Below, one piece after another: positions 62,980 through 64,000 of a DNA stretch of 64,000 nt. The notes beneath the pieces are model-generated. The model was not told the origin of the DNA. It saw nothing but the letters and a program-made list of their open reading frames with translations, and did no database searches. The translations under genes were made by a program, and so were the position numbers. The stretch covers positions 20,711,280-20,775,279 of the forward strand of contig MU054187.1 in the NCBI GenBank assembly GCA_013239625.1, written 5' to 3'. Each line of letters starts with the position of its first letter. The stretch's first letter is position 1. This DNA comes from Lama guanicoe (taxonomy: Eukaryota).

Positions 62980-63300
62980 TGCCAAATACCCTGGGCAAAC
63001 CATTGATGTTAGAGCAGTTCATCCTCCTTAAAGGTAAAATAAGGATAATTGTACCTATCCCCTACCAACCGCACAGTAAAATTAAGAGGATTAATGATTC
63101 AGTCTAGTGCTTTGAGGTCCTCAGAGAACAGCTCTTGGAAGTAAAATGTGCCATCGTTAATTGGGGCCCGTGGCATGTATCTTAACTTCTCTTATCTTTG
63201 CTCCCTCATCTGTAAAATGGGGGGACTAATAACCTCCCGCCTTACCTAATTAATCTCTGTGTGGATTAATTAGTAAATGATGGCTTTACACAGCTTGATG
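62980..63300 (+). mobile_element. Two adjacent ancient CORE-SINE (MIR3/amniote-MIR-like) relics
   Basis: CCCTGGGCAAACCATT...GAGGATTAATGA...GCTTTGAGGTCCTCAG, then CCTCATCTGTAAAATGGGG...GGATTAATTAGTAAATG. Confidence 0.6.
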
Positions 63301-63469
63301 GGGGAGAAATCACATTCCTGAATAAAGGATCTACAATAAGCTACAGTTTTGTAAATAAATGCTCAGACTCATTTCTTAAAGTGGGTGTGCCTGACACTTT
63401 GACAGTTTACCACTCTTTTCTTTCATTATCCTTAATGTATCATTCAATAAGAAAACTGCAAATTATACA

Positions 63470-63662
63470 CAATGTCTTAAAATTTCTCACCAGAAGAAAA
63501 AAAATTTTTGTAACTATGAATGATGATGGATGTTAACTAGACTTATTTATAGCGGTGATCATTTTTCCGTATATACAAGTATTGAATCATTATTTTATAC
63601 ACCTAGAACTAATATAATGTTATAAAGTTGTCAGTCATTTGTACCCCAGTTTTTAAAAAAAT
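63470..63662 (+). mobile_element. L1MA/MB-type 3' UTR end
   Basis: TCTTAAAATTTCTCACCA...TTTGTAACTATG...GATGGATGTTAACTAGACTTAT...TACACCTAGAACTAATATAATGTTATA. Confidence 0.85.
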
Positions 63663-64000
63663 ATAATTTCTTTGCATTTGTATTACTAATTTTTTTAAAA
63701 TTTTGCTTGTGACCCCAATTTAGAAATTGTGTTACTAAATTACATTTTCTAAAATGTGCACTTGTGTTTATTTTGGTAATATAAACCAAAGAGTAATAAT
63801 ATAAAATATAATAATAAATGTGTTAAAGTTATATGTATTTATCACAGTTATTATTTCATAGTATAACAATATTTTAATGTTAATTATGAAACTTCAAGCA
63901 AACAAGAGCACAGGACTAATAGTCACTTATGTACTAACTACCCAGATGGAGTAAATGTTTACATCTGTCATGAGAAATGAATTCTTTTTTGTTTCCTCCT

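Noticed and set aside
1..64000. ORF-track ORFs as protein-coding genes
   Set aside because: All are short, many start at non-ATG codons, and none matches a cellular protein I recognise. The recognisable ones are L1, integrase or transposase debris, or microsatellite translations.

Overview
Mammalian nuclear DNA, almost certainly from a camelid (camel, alpaca or llama), judging by five Vic-1-type tRNA-derived SINEs and camelid/cetartiodactyl-type L1 3' ends. It is AT-rich and roughly half transposable-element-derived. I found no recognisable protein-coding gene, rRNA, true tRNA or CRISPR array. The ORF track is essentially noise, apart from fragments of L1 ORF2, retroviral integrase and a Tigger transposase. 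The window reads like the intron of a very large gene or gene-poor intergenic DNA. The most structured feature is a ~10.5-kb endogenous-retrovirus (ERV) pile-up at 10726-21272. There a minus-strand, internally deleted class I ERV (leader, gag, integrase and env remnants, 3' LTR) carries nested insertions: an ERV2 solo LTR splitting the integrase GPY/F region, a SINE and two ERV1 LTRs. It lies head-to-head with a plus-strand ERV 3' half ending in a MER41-like LTR, followed by further LTRs. Repeat-free blocks at ~22.1-22.8 kb, ~34.1-34.7 kb and ~43.5-43.75 kb carry splice or regulatory motifs and are candidate exons or regulatory elements of an unidentified host transcript. I found no convincing new biological system. 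Repeat family names come from my recall of consensus sequences and should be confirmed with RepeatMasker/Dfam.
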